Counted from the first letter of the stretch, positions 10,411-19,829 are shown. The stretch: 64,000 nt of DNA from Candidatus Gottesmanbacteria bacterium RIFCSPHIGHO2_01_FULL_40_15 (GCA_001779115.1 MFJF01000005.1:76922-140921); one strand, 5' to 3'. The notes: a model not told the origin generated them from the sequence alone. Made by a program: numbers and translations.

Positions 10411-11564
10411 TGAAGTTTTCGACTACTTCAATCCACTCCGGCAACAAACCCAATCTTAAAGCAGGCGGCAGCGGTGATGTAATTATCCCTATTCATTTAT
10501 CAACAACTTTTGCCCGGAAAAAAATTGATAATCCTACAGCCGGATATGAATATTCACGGAGCGGAAATCCGACCAGATACGCTCTGGAAAAAAATCTTAC
10601 CAACTTGGAAGAGGGTAAATGGGCGTATGCTTTTTCCTCAGGCTTGTCAGCTATCACTGCAGTTTTATTGACTTTGCAAAAAGGTGATCATGTAGTTTCC
10701 ATTGATGATGTTTACGGCGGAACAAGACGACTATTCAACCAGGTATTTGCAAATTTCGGAATTGAATTCACTTATGGTGATTTTGCAAATAATAATGAAC
10801 TTCGGAGGCATGTTAAAACCAATACAAAATTAATCTGGATAGAATCCCCCACTAATCCTTTACTTAAAATTGTCGACATAGCTTCAGTATGCCAATTTGC
10901 CCGTGAGAAAAATATCATAACTGTTGTCGATAATACATTCGCATCGCCTTATTTCCAACGCCCATTGAAACTGGGAGCGACAATTTCATTGCATTCCATG
11001 ACAAAATACATAGGCGGACATTCAGATGTTATCGCCGGATGTATTATCGGTAATGATAAAATTTTAGGTGAAAAAATAAAATTTATACAGAATGCCGCCG
11101 GAGCCATTCTTTCTCCTTTTGACAGTTTTCAGATATTAAAAGGGATAAAAACACTTTCACTTAGAATGGAGAAACATGAAGAAAATGCCAAAAAAATCGT
11201 AACCTTCCTTTCAAAAAATGATAAGATCAAAAAAATATATTATCCGGGAATTCCAACACATAAAGGAAATAATATTGCCAGAAAACAAATGAGCGGATTT
11301 TCCGGCATGCTATCATTTGAACTTAAGGCATCGCTCCGGTCAACGTTGACTTTTTTAGAAAATCTGAAAATTATTTCCATTGCCGAAAGTTTAGGTGTTG
11401 TTGAATCTTTAATTGAACATCCGGCTTCAATGACTCATGCTTCAATTCCAAGACAAGACAGGGAAAAAATAGGCTTATCGGACGGTTTGATAAGATTATC
11501 TGTCGGAATTGAAGACGCTTATGATCTGATCAGGGATTTAAATCAGGCTTTGAAAATAATCTAA
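10410..11564 (+). CDS. PLP-dependent cystathionine gamma-lyase/synthase family enzyme
   Basis: YSRSGNPT, FSSGLSA, ESPTNP, VDNTF, HSMTKYIGGHSD (PLP Lys), LIRLSVGIED. Confidence 0.92.
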   Translation: MKFSTTSIHSGNKPNLKAGGSGDVIIPIHLSTTFARKKIDNPTAGYEYSRSGNPTRYALEKNLTNLEEGKWAYAFSSGLSAITAVLLTLQKGDHVVSIDDVYGGTRRLFNQVFANFGIEFTYGDFANNNELRRHVKTNTKLIWIESPTNPLLKIVDIASVCQFAREKNIITVVDNTFASPYFQRPLKLGATISLHSMTKYIGGHSDVIAGCIIGNDKILGEKIKFIQNAAGAILSPFDSFQILKGIKTLSLRMEKHEENAKKIVTFLSKNDKIKKIYYPGIPTHKGNNIARKQMSGFSGMLSFELKASLRSTLTFLENLKIISIAESLGVVESLIEHPASMTHASIPRQDREKIGLSDGLIRLSVGIEDAYDLIRDLNQALKII

Positions 11565-11600
11565 AGACTACCTTGAAAAAAATTAAGTTATAATTAAAGT

Positions 11601-12698
11601 ATGATAACAACTTCTTCTGATTCCCAGAATCAAAACGGTGAATTTTCCGAACTGATAAAACTCAGGCAAAAAATAACGGATAGTCATCTTCCTTCCGATC
11701 TTCGGGATAAAGTAAATACAATGATTGAACGGGCAGAGTTAAGTTTTAAATACCATACCCAATTTTCCCAATTCGATGCCGTTGCCGGTTATATTGATTG
11801 GATTACGGCCTTACCCTGGCAGACTTTCAGTCAGGATAATATGGAAATAGAACAGGCGAAAAAAATTCTGGATAAAAACCATTACGGTCTTAATGAATTG
11901 AAAGACAGAATTTTGGAGTATTTGTCAGTTATGAAATTAAATCTTGATCAGGCTAAAATTGATCCGTCAATTACCGATCATAATATTGCCAGGGCGCCGA
12001 TTTTATTTTTTGTCGGCTTAGTCGGGACAGGTAAAACCACAATTGCCATATCCATAGCCGAAGCATTGGGCAGAAAATTCATCCGCATTCCATTCGGAGG
12101 CATGGGATCAGCACTTGATTTAAGAGGTGAATCGAGAGTCCACCCGGATGCGGAAGTAGGCCATGTTATGAAAGCCTTAAGAAGAGCCGGAACAAAAAAT
12201 CCGGTAATTCTGCTTGATGAATTAGACAGGGTTGCCGAACATGCGCGGGCTGATATTATGGGTGTTTTGATCGAACTACTTGATCCTGAGCAAAATGTCT
12301 CTTTTACCGATCACTATATTGATTATCCGTTTGATTTGTCACATGTACTGTTTATTGCAACAGCCAATAACACCAATAATATTTCAACTGCGGTTATGGA
12401 CCGGTTGGAACCTATTCAAATGCCCTCATACAATGATGATGAAAAAATAATAATCGGTAAAGCTTATGTTTTTCCCAAAGTACTTAAATCGGCAGGTTTA
12501 AACGATAAACTATTAACAATAGACTCCAATGTCTGGCCTTTAATTGTCCGGCCGCTCGGATTTGATTCAGGTATAAGAACACTGGAGAGGACTATTGACG
12601 GAATATGCCGTAAAGTGGCCAGGCAGATAATTGAAAAAAAACATACCCAGGTTTTTATTTCAGCCGACAATGTCAAGCAATACCTGCCAACATGGTAA
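11601..12698 (+). CDS. Lon-type AAA+ ATPase module without N-domain and protease domain
   Basis: YIDWITALPW, LDKNHYGL, Walker A GLVGTGKTT, Walker B ILLDELD, LLDPEQNVSFTDHY, MDRLE; ends where the Lon protease domain would begin. Confidence 0.85.
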   Translation: MITTSSDSQNQNGEFSELIKLRQKITDSHLPSDLRDKVNTMIERAELSFKYHTQFSQFDAVAGYIDWITALPWQTFSQDNMEIEQAKKILDKNHYGLNELKDRILEYLSVMKLNLDQAKIDPSITDHNIARAPILFFVGLVGTGKTTIAISIAEALGRKFIRIPFGGMGSALDLRGESRVHPDAEVGHVMKALRRAGTKNPVILLDELDRVAEHARADIMGVLIELLDPEQNVSFTDHYIDYPFDLSHVLFIATANNTNNISTAVMDRLEPIQMPSYNDDEKIIIGKAYVFPKVLKSAGLNDKLLTIDSNVWPLIVRPLGFDSGIRTLERTIDGICRKVARQIIEKKHTQVFISADNVKQYLPTW

Positions 12699-12725
12699 AA
12701 TTAATCCCCGGTTTATAAATAAAAA

Positions 12726-14435
12726 ATGATCAACCCGATAAACAGGAATATCTTTGGCAATCCACAATCTATATTGCGGATTATCCCTTTGGGAGGAATA
12801 GGCAATGTGACGAAAAATTTATATGTTTACGAATACAGAAGCCGGCCTGATAACATTTCGGATATCCTAATTGTTGACTGCGGAGTAGGTTTTCCCGATG
12901 AGGCAATGTACGGAATTGATCTGGTTATTCCGGATATAACTTACTTGCGGGATAAAATAAATAAAATCAGGGGAATTATACTTACCCACGGGCATGAAGA
13001 TCATATAGGAGCGCTTCCTTATATTCTGCCGGTACTAAATGTTCCCGTATACGGAACGTTATTAACTGCCAAACTTGCCGAAGTCAAGTTACAGGACTCC
13101 GGTTTGCAAGTAAAGGTTAATGTAATAAACGAAAATATTCCGCTTAAAATAGGGCCGTTTTCGGTTGAATTTATCCATGTTACCCATTCAATTCCGGATG
13201 CTGCCAATCTTTTCATTAAAACTCCTGTTGGTAATTTTTACCACGGCAGTGATTTTAAATTTGACTGGACACCGATTGACGGCAAAAAAACAGAAGTTGA
13301 CAAAATTGCCAGGGCGGGAAAAGAGGGTATAACCTGTTTATTATCCGATTGCGTCAGGGTGGAAACAGAAGGATATACATTGTCTGAAAAAATAATTGAA
13401 GAAACTCTGGATAAGGAAATCAGGAATTGCCCGGGGAAATTTATATTCACTACCCAATCTTCAAATATTTCAAGAATCCAGCAAGCCATTGACGTCTCAA
13501 TCAGAAATAACAGAAAAATAGTCTTTTTAGGCCGGTCAATTGAAAGAAATGTCGGGGTTGCTTACAGATTAAAATATGTAAATTACAGCGAAATGTTTGT
13601 TGTAAGGGACAAAGATATCAGAAAATATAAAGACTCTGAATTAAGCCTCATTGTCACCGGCAGCCAAGCCCAGCCAAATTCGGCGCTTTCCAGAATTGCC
13701 GAAGGAATCCATAAATTCGTGAGAATTAAAGAAGGTGACGTGGTGGTTTTTTCAGCAGATCCGATTCCCGGATATGAAAATGCAGTTCATACTTTGATTG
13801 ATCTTCTGACGGTAAACGGGGCCAGAGTGGCTTATTCGGAGATACAAGACCAGCTTCATGTGTCCGGACACGGTGCGAGAAATGATTTGGCTTTAATGAT
13901 CGGTTTGACTCAGGCGTCAAATCTTTTACCCATAGGCGGAACCTACCGCCAGATGCGGCATTATTCCCAGATGGCCTTTGATATGGGGTATAAACATAAT
14001 CAGGTACTTTTACCGCTTGAAGGAGAAATTATTGAATTTTCAGCTTCCGGACAAGTTAGAATTGCAGAAAAATTAAGCCTGAAGAATGTAATGATCGACG
14101 GTTTGGGTGTCGGGGATATCGGAAATGTTGTTTTACGGGACAGGCAAACAATGGCCAGCGAAGGAATTGTGATTGTGGTTGTACCTTTGGACAAATCATC
14201 AGGAAGAGTAACTGCTGAGCCGGACATAATTTCCCGGGGATTTATCTATATGAAAGAATCTGTAGATTTAATCGATGAAGCAAAAAAAGTGATAATAAAA
14301 TCCTTAAGACTGAAAAAAGGGAGGATTACTGACTGGCAATTTGTCAGAAAACAGGTGGAAAAAAATCTGGAAGGATTCCTGTTTAAGGAAACACACAGAA
14401 GACCTCTTATTCTTGCCGTAGTAGTTCATGTATGA
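12726..14435 (+). CDS. rnj: Ribonuclease J
   Basis: IIPLGG, THGHEDHIGA, HSIPD, DFKFD, LHVSGH, IDGLGVGDIGNVVLRDR. Confidence 0.96.
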   Translation: MINPINRNIFGNPQSILRIIPLGGIGNVTKNLYVYEYRSRPDNISDILIVDCGVGFPDEAMYGIDLVIPDITYLRDKINKIRGIILTHGHEDHIGALPYILPVLNVPVYGTLLTAKLAEVKLQDSGLQVKVNVINENIPLKIGPFSVEFIHVTHSIPDAANLFIKTPVGNFYHGSDFKFDWTPIDGKKTEVDKIARAGKEGITCLLSDCVRVETEGYTLSEKIIEETLDKEIRNCPGKFIFTTQSSNISRIQQAIDVSIRNNRKIVFLGRSIERNVGVAYRLKYVNYSEMFVVRDKDIRKYKDSELSLIVTGSQAQPNSALSRIAEGIHKFVRIKEGDVVVFSADPIPGYENAVHTLIDLLTVNGARVAYSEIQDQLHVSGHGARNDLALMIGLTQASNLLPIGGTYRQMRHYSQMAFDMGYKHNQVLLPLEGEIIEFSASGQVRIAEKLSLKNVMIDGLGVGDIGNVVLRDRQTMASEGIVIVVVPLDKSSGRVTAEPDIISRGFIYMKESVDLIDEAKKVIIKSLRLKKGRITDWQFVRKQVEKNLEGFLFKETHRRPLILAVVVHV

Positions 14436-15295
14436 GGAAAAAAAACCGGCGCAAAAAAATCGGCAAATTTAAACCGGCTCTTTTTATTATTACCTTCCTT
14501 CTCTTTCTGCCGTTTATCTATTCATACAAAATTTACAGCATAAATCCGCAACTTAAGTTTCCGAGAATCAGCAAGGTCAATCTTTCTTCTGATCCTTTGG
14601 TCCTTTCCAATATCCGTTTAAACGTTTTGGGTGCCCAGGCAATTGAACCCTTTGACATTGTCAAATACGTAAATACAGAGCGGAATAAAAAAGGGAGTCA
14701 GCCTCTTATCATTAATGAAAAACTGGTTAAAGCAGCCCGGATGCGGGCAGAAGTTATACTGAAATACCAGAACTTTTCACACCAGGATCCCTTTGAAAAC
14801 ATTGAACTTATAACAGTCATGCCAAAAGTCGGATACAGTTACTCTTATGCCACGGAAAATATCGGTATGGGCGGCTTGTCAGCGGAAGATTTCGTTTCCG
14901 GGTTTATGAACAGTACCAGTCACCGATTAAATCTGTTGGATCCCCAGCTTTATCACACCGGTACGGCAGTGGTAACGGGATCTTATAAACAGTATTTTGT
15001 CAATATCGCGGTACAATTGTTTGCCGTTCCTTCCAGCCGGGAAGAATATTTAGGTTATAACGACATTGACAGGAAAAATTACGGGGCAATACTTACAAGA
15101 CTTGATTATCAATTAAATCCCCTGATTCTGAATTTGCATAAGTTCATCAGTAATAAACAGATTAATGACGAAAAAATTCAAAAAATCAGAAAACAAAAAG
15201 AGATTCTGATGAAACTTCTGGAAATTATGAATGAGGATAAACCGTTTAAGGAAGAACATATTGCGCTTATTTCCGAATACAACGGTTATCTTTGA
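14432..15295 (+). CDS. Membrane-anchored CAP/SCP-domain protein
   Basis: N-terminal TM; NTERNKKG..PL, L..AA..RA, FSH, ENIG, FMNSTSHRLNLL. Confidence 0.85.
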   Translation: MRKKNRRKKIGKFKPALFIITFLLFLPFIYSYKIYSINPQLKFPRISKVNLSSDPLVLSNIRLNVLGAQAIEPFDIVKYVNTERNKKGSQPLIINEKLVKAARMRAEVILKYQNFSHQDPFENIELITVMPKVGYSYSYATENIGMGGLSAEDFVSGFMNSTSHRLNLLDPQLYHTGTAVVTGSYKQYFVNIAVQLFAVPSSREEYLGYNDIDRKNYGAILTRLDYQLNPLILNLHKFISNKQINDEKIQKIRKQKEILMKLLEIMNEDKPFKEEHIALISEYNGYL

Positions 15296-15350
15296 GAAAA
15301 TCCCTGTATATGTTAAGCTGAATATATATTTAGGAAAGGGGGTGAGGTTA

Positions 15351-15563
15351 TTGCAAAACGATTAACCTTATAACCCGGGTGGTGCTGGAGTGCCAGGAGC
15401 TGATCCTAATCCGACTCCTAACCCGCCGGCAGATATGCCACCTGTTATACCTAATCCGACCGTTCCTCCACCTCCGCCTGCAGTTGTGCCGACAGAAACA
15501 CCTGAGCGTGACGGTCAGGAACCGGTCAATCCGAACGGATCAGACGGTCCTGTCGGACAGTGA
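15351..15563 (+). pseudogene. Pro-rich small ORF interrupted by an in-frame TAA at codon 5
   Basis: SD GAAAGGGGGTGA (15334-15345), TTG CAA AAC GAT TAA then 65 open codons PYNPGGAGVPGADPNPTPNPPADMPPVIPNPTVPPPPPAVVPTETPERDGQEPVNPNGSDGPVGQ-TGA; terminator follows. Confidence 0.55.
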
Positions 15564-15577
15564 GAAACCCGATAGAT

Positions 15578-15619
15578 AAAATCCTTCCCTTTGTTTTTTG
15601 ACAAGCGGGATGGATTTTT
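15578..15619 (+). terminator. Hairpin terminator after the Pro-rich ORF
   Basis: AAAATCCTTCCC..TTGT/ACAA..GGGATGGATTTT inverted repeat with T run. Confidence 0.55.
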
Positions 15620-15637
15620 ATATATTTCATTTCTAAA

Positions 15638-16165
15638 ATGAAATTATTCCCGATTCTGACTGTAGTTTTAGGATATACAATCTCATCCTATATTTATTCA
15701 AGTGCAATTTTTTCTAATAATAATTTTACACTTGAAAAATCCCCTTCCGGTTCAGCGTCCGCCACGGTGACACAACCGGTTTTGGAATATACAGTTATAT
15801 CGGAAACACCGGTTCCTACCGCAACCGGGACAGTAACTCCGACTCCGACTCCGACTGTTTATACCGTCGAAAACACACCAACTCAAATTAATGTACTTTT
15901 TGAGAAATACGCTTCAAAGGAATCTGTTGACATTAATATGTTAAGAAAAATTGCCCAATGTGAATCGGGATATAACTCTCAAGCGGTAAACGGGCCGTAT
16001 GCCGGTTTATTTCAATTTTCTTCCCAAACATGGATAACCAGCAGAAGAATGATGAATGCCGATACCAATCCGGATCTAAGATTCAATGCGGAAGAATCAA
16101 TCAAAACGGCTGCATTCAGAATAGCTTCGGGAAATACCGGCTTATGGTACACTTGCTTAAAATAA
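15638..16165 (+). CDS. Secreted lysozyme-like/transglycosylase (SLT/Rpf-like) protein with P/T linker
   Basis: N-terminal hydrophobic helix, TPTPTP linker, IAQCESG...AGLFQF..TW motif. Confidence 0.8.
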   Translation: MKLFPILTVVLGYTISSYIYSSAIFSNNNFTLEKSPSGSASATVTQPVLEYTVISETPVPTATGTVTPTPTPTVYTVENTPTQINVLFEKYASKESVDINMLRKIAQCESGYNSQAVNGPYAGLFQFSSQTWITSRRMMNADTNPDLRFNAEESIKTAAFRIASGNTGLWYTCLK

Positions 16166-16166
16166 T

Positions 16167-16191
16167 AAACCCACCTTTTTGAGGTGGGTTT
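16167..16191. terminator. Bidirectional-type terminator
   Basis: AAACCCACCT-ttttg-AGGTGGGTTT. Confidence 0.7.
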
Positions 16192-16365
16192 CAGGCGTTG
16201 TTAAAATGTGTTTACCGCTTAATTTAAGGAGGCAAACCGGATATTTTATACATGTTTGTAGCCCTATTTAGATAATAAAAAGATATTAGCCTATAAGTAT
16301 TAAAAGAGGGTATATCGGGAGTAATAGACAAGTAAGAGTACTTTAGTTTACTTAAATAACTATGC

Positions 16366-16791
16366 TTATGAAGTTTTTAACCTCTTTTTATGAAGATAAA
16401 AGGTAACACCTAAGAGAATGATTCCCAAAATTATCAAGACAAAGCCGAGCGGTCCTCCGGCTCTTTGGATAAAGTTAGGTTGAGGTGTCGGAGTCGGGGT
16501 CGGGGTGGCGGTCGGCAAAGGTGTCGGAGTCGGTGAATCGGTCGGTGATGCTGCGGGAGTTGGTGATCGTCTGACAGTCGGGGTTACTGCCCGGGTCGGT
16601 GCGGAAGTATTTGTAGGAGCCCCGGGAGTATTAGAAGCCTGCGCCGGAGCAACTGTCGCGGTTACAGTCGGCTCACCTGAAGTGGGTGATATTGCCGGAG
16701 TATCTGTTTGTCCATTTACGTTTAGCGGACGGAACAATACCAGACTAAGAATAAAAATTACCGCGGGGATCTTTAATAAACTCATTAACAT
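16366..16791 (-). CDS. Pro/Thr-rich mucin-like surface protein with signal peptide and C-terminal GG-TM-basic tail
   Basis: Signal peptide, about 80 aa of P/T/A/S, then RAGGPLG-hydrophobic helix-HKKRLK; own TTGCCA..TGnTATAAT promoter upstream. Confidence 0.75.
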   Translation of the reverse strand: MLMSLLKIPAVIFILSLVLFRPLNVNGQTDTPAISPTSGEPTVTATVAPAQASNTPGAPTNTSAPTRAVTPTVRRSPTPAASPTDSPTPTPLPTATPTPTPTPQPNFIQRAGGPLGFVLIILGIILLGVTFYLHKKRLKTS

Positions 16792-16843
16792 ACAGACGGA
16801 TTAAGTTGGTATTATAACAAATAAATATCTTTTGGCAACTGGA

Positions 16844-17527
16844 TCAAAAGAAGTCCGATTCATCTTCCTTACGGCTTATCCGGTTGTTTTTTCCTGAAAG
16901 TACAACAAAAAGATAACCGGCGGCAAATCCGCCGATATGCGCCCACCAGGCAACCCCTCCCCTGCCCATCAGACCAATAGTTCCTATTCCTGAAAACAAC
17001 TGGATTATAAACCAGTAACCCAACATGACACCGGCCGGGAGAGATACCTGTTGGAAAAATCCGAAAAAAGAAATGATGAGAGTATCAATTTTATGCTTGG
17101 GATACAGGACAAGATAAGCTCCCAAGACACCGCTTATAGCACCTGACGCTCCGACTGTAGGGATAGCTGAATTGGGTACAAAAAAGAATTGGGTTAAACC
17201 GGCAATAATACCGGTGGCTAAATAAAAAAAAGCATAACCAATATGTCCAAAATGTGCTTCAATATTGTCACCGAATATCCACAAAAACCACAAATTGGAT
17301 ATGACATGAAACCAACCACCGTGAAGAAAAATTGAGTAAATAAAGGGCAGAAGACTTACCGGATCGGTAAAATCAACCAATCGGGGGATCAGAGCAAAGC
17401 GCAATATAAATTCTTCAAAATCGGGAGCGGTAATCTGCAGGAAAAATACATATGAGGTAACAAGAATAACAATGATGTTTATAATGGGAAACTTATGGGA
17501 CGGATTGTGATCACGGATGGGAAACAT
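16844..17527 (-). CDS. Rhomboid family intramembrane serine protease
   Basis: FLHGGWFHVISN, GASG catalytic Ser, AHIGG catalytic His. Confidence 0.93.
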   Translation of the reverse strand: MFPIRDHNPSHKFPIINIIVILVTSYVFFLQITAPDFEEFILRFALIPRLVDFTDPVSLLPFIYSIFLHGGWFHVISNLWFLWIFGDNIEAHFGHIGYAFFYLATGIIAGLTQFFFVPNSAIPTVGASGAISGVLGAYLVLYPKHKIDTLIISFFGFFQQVSLPAGVMLGYWFIIQLFSGIGTIGLMGRGGVAWWAHIGGFAAGYLFVVLSGKNNRISRKEDESDFF

Positions 17528-17530
17528 AAT

Positions 17531-18019
17531 TTACAGTTTGGATAATTCATAAAAAGTATATTTTAAATCTTTATACTGTCCCTGTCTTTTATAAAGAACT
17601 TTTTTGAATTCGTCATAATCCGGGAAAAAAGTATCAGCCTCAAATGATCCTTCGACTACAGTCAAATAGAGTTTATCGGCAAACTTGATTGCCTGGTGGT
17701 ATATTTCCCCCCCGCCGATAAAAAAGATTTCCTGCGTATCCCTGCTTTCACCCATAGAAATAGCTTCCTCTATGGTATGCGCCACAAGAACATTTTCGGC
17801 TTTGAAATCCCGGTCTTTGGTTAAAACTATATTGATTCTTCCCAAAAGCGGTTTGCCGATGGAATCAAATGTTTTTCTGCCCATTATGACAGGATGGCCC
17901 AGGGTTATAGTTTTAAAATGGTGCATATCTTCAGGGATATGCCAGAGCAGTTTATTATCAATGCCTATTTCGCGGTTTTCTCCGATGGCGGCAATAACGG
18001 AGATTTTAAACTGGATCAT
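17531..18019 (-). CDS. folA: Dihydrofolate reductase
   Basis: IG..NKLLW.IPED..HFK, MGRKTFDSI, GRINIVL, IGGGEIY, DTFFP. Confidence 0.95.
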   Translation of the reverse strand: MIQFKISVIAAIGENREIGIDNKLLWHIPEDMHHFKTITLGHPVIMGRKTFDSIGKPLLGRINIVLTKDRDFKAENVLVAHTIEEAISMGESRDTQEIFFIGGGEIYHQAIKFADKLYLTVVEGSFEADTFFPDYDEFKKVLYKRQGQYKDLKYTFYELSKL

Positions 18020-18021
18020 AA

Positions 18022-18972
18022 TCAGAAACCTCCCACAACCGTAATCTCGCCTTTAATGGGCGGATACGGATCATAGCCTTCCAGGCTGAAATGTTGGTAA
18101 CGGAAATCATCGATATTTTTTATACTTTTATCAATTTTCATGACAGGCCAGGGTTTCGGTTTTCTTTCCAGCTGTTCCCTGACCTGGTCAAAATGATTCT
18201 CATAAATATGGATATCGCCAAAGGTGTGGACAAAGTCCCCGGCTTTATACCCGGTTACCTGGGCCAGCATCATGGTCAGGAGCGCGTAACTGGCAATATT
18301 AAAAGGTACCCCCAAAAAGGAATCGGCGCTTCTTTGGTAGAGAAGAAGAGACAATTTATCGCCGGTAATATTTATGTGATAAAGGGTATGACAGGGAGCA
18401 ATCACCATGGAATTGGTCCGGCTGCCGCTCATTTCATAGATTGAGCCGGCATTCCAGGCGGAGATGACATAATGTTTTTTCTGGGGAAATTTTTTAATTT
18501 TTTCAATCGCCCATCCCAGCTGGTCGATTTCCTTTCCGTCTCCTGTCGGCCAGCGCCTCCACTGGACACCGTAAACCGGCCCGAGCTCGCCCCAGTCTTC
18601 CAGGAATTTTTTATCGGAGGTCATTTTTTGCATAAATTCCTCATACGGCAAAGGCTTTTCTTTTTTTGCATCCTTAACCCAGGTGTATTTTCTGTAAGCC
18701 CACTCGTCCCAGATATGGACATTGTTCTCAACCAGATATTTGATGTTGGAACTGCCTGATAAGAACCAAAGGAGTTCATGAATAATGCCTCTGACAAAGA
18801 CTTTTTTGGTGGTCAGGAGCGGAAATCCTTTGGATAAATCGAACCTTATTTGGCGGCCGAAGACGCTTTTTAATCTGACACCGGTTGAATGGCTGATCTT
18901 CATAGCGCCATTTTCCATGATGTCTTTTAAGAGGTTAAGATATTGATATTCCGGGTGGACAGTATTTTCCAT
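18022..18972 (-). CDS. thyA: Thymidylate synthase
   Basis: FPLLTTKK, ELLWFL, LGPVYG.QWR, APCH, YQRSAD..LGVPFNIASY, HIYENH. Confidence 0.96.
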   Translation of the reverse strand: MENTVHPEYQYLNLLKDIMENGAMKISHSTGVRLKSVFGRQIRFDLSKGFPLLTTKKVFVRGIIHELLWFLSGSSNIKYLVENNVHIWDEWAYRKYTWVKDAKKEKPLPYEEFMQKMTSDKKFLEDWGELGPVYGVQWRRWPTGDGKEIDQLGWAIEKIKKFPQKKHYVISAWNAGSIYEMSGSRTNSMVIAPCHTLYHINITGDKLSLLLYQRSADSFLGVPFNIASYALLTMMLAQVTGYKAGDFVHTFGDIHIYENHFDQVREQLERKPKPWPVMKIDKSIKNIDDFRYQHFSLEGYDPYPPIKGEITVVGGF

Positions 18973-19027
18973 ATAAAACAATAGATCTATTTTACTATAA
19001 AAATAACTTTGCCTGAAGGCAACAATT

Positions 19028-19822
19028 TCAGTTCAATTTTATCAACTGGCCTTTGTCAAGGGCAATACGGTACATCCGTTTGAGAAAAAGGGCTGCCAGA
19101 ATCAGATAGATAAAATTTAAAAACATACTGGTTAAGAATTTCGGCCAATTAAAAATACCGGAAAAAAGGACTTCCCTCATATTTTCAAAGATATAGCTGG
19201 TCGGAGTTATCCGGGCAATCACTTGTGCCCACCGGGGCAGAATATCAACGGGATAGACGACAGCTGAAAAGGGGTAGATTACAAAAAGCATAGCCCAGGC
19301 AAAAGACTGGATTTTATAGCCGTAGCGAAGAATCAATCCGTCAATTATTAATCCGACACTCCAACCGGTAAGAATAAGACTGGCAAATGACGGAATGATC
19401 AGAAGACCGTATCTGAAAATATTAAAGTGGTAAAGCAGATATGCTAAAAAAGACAGGAAACTAATGGTTAAAATCAGCTTAATCATTCCTAATATTAAAG
19501 TGGCAATTACAAATTCGAAAATCCCGACCGGTGTTGTAAAGAGGTTGATAAGATTCCGGTTCCAAGCTTCATCAAGAAGGGGCATGTTAATCTCCCTCTG
19601 GCTACCCAAAACTACAGACCAGAAAATAATCCCTCCGATAAAAACAGCGACAATATCAAATCCCAGATTATACTGTTCTATATAAGATGAGGTCAGACCC
19701 CAGAAAATTAGATCCATGGTTGCCCACCAGAAGGCATCGACGATCCGGTCCAGATCCCTTCTCCAGGTGTACATATGCCTGATGATGATTCCTTTAACTC
19801 CTGACCAGTTTATTTTTTCCAT
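19028..19822 (-). CDS. ABC-2 type exporter permease
   Basis: About 6 TM helices; YP..ILP.W...A...P..Y motif; adjacent to the ATPase. Confidence 0.88.
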   Translation of the reverse strand: MEKINWSGVKGIIIRHMYTWRRDLDRIVDAFWWATMDLIFWGLTSSYIEQYNLGFDIVAVFIGGIIFWSVVLGSQREINMPLLDEAWNRNLINLFTTPVGIFEFVIATLILGMIKLILTISFLSFLAYLLYHFNIFRYGLLIIPSFASLILTGWSVGLIIDGLILRYGYKIQSFAWAMLFVIYPFSAVVYPVDILPRWAQVIARITPTSYIFENMREVLFSGIFNWPKFLTSMFLNFIYLILAALFLKRMYRIALDKGQLIKLN

Positions 19823-19829
19823 TTTAGCG

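Noticed and set aside
15363-15365. Genome-wide stop-codon reassignment as an explanation of the in-frame TAA
   Set aside because: TAA, TAG and TGA all terminate conserved genes at expected positions (e.g. rpsO TAA, rpoB TAG, rnj TGA)
15379-15579. 66-aa ORF from the ORF track
   Set aside because: No RBS and implausible composition; the alternative frame from 15351 has the SD and a coherent Pro-rich sequence
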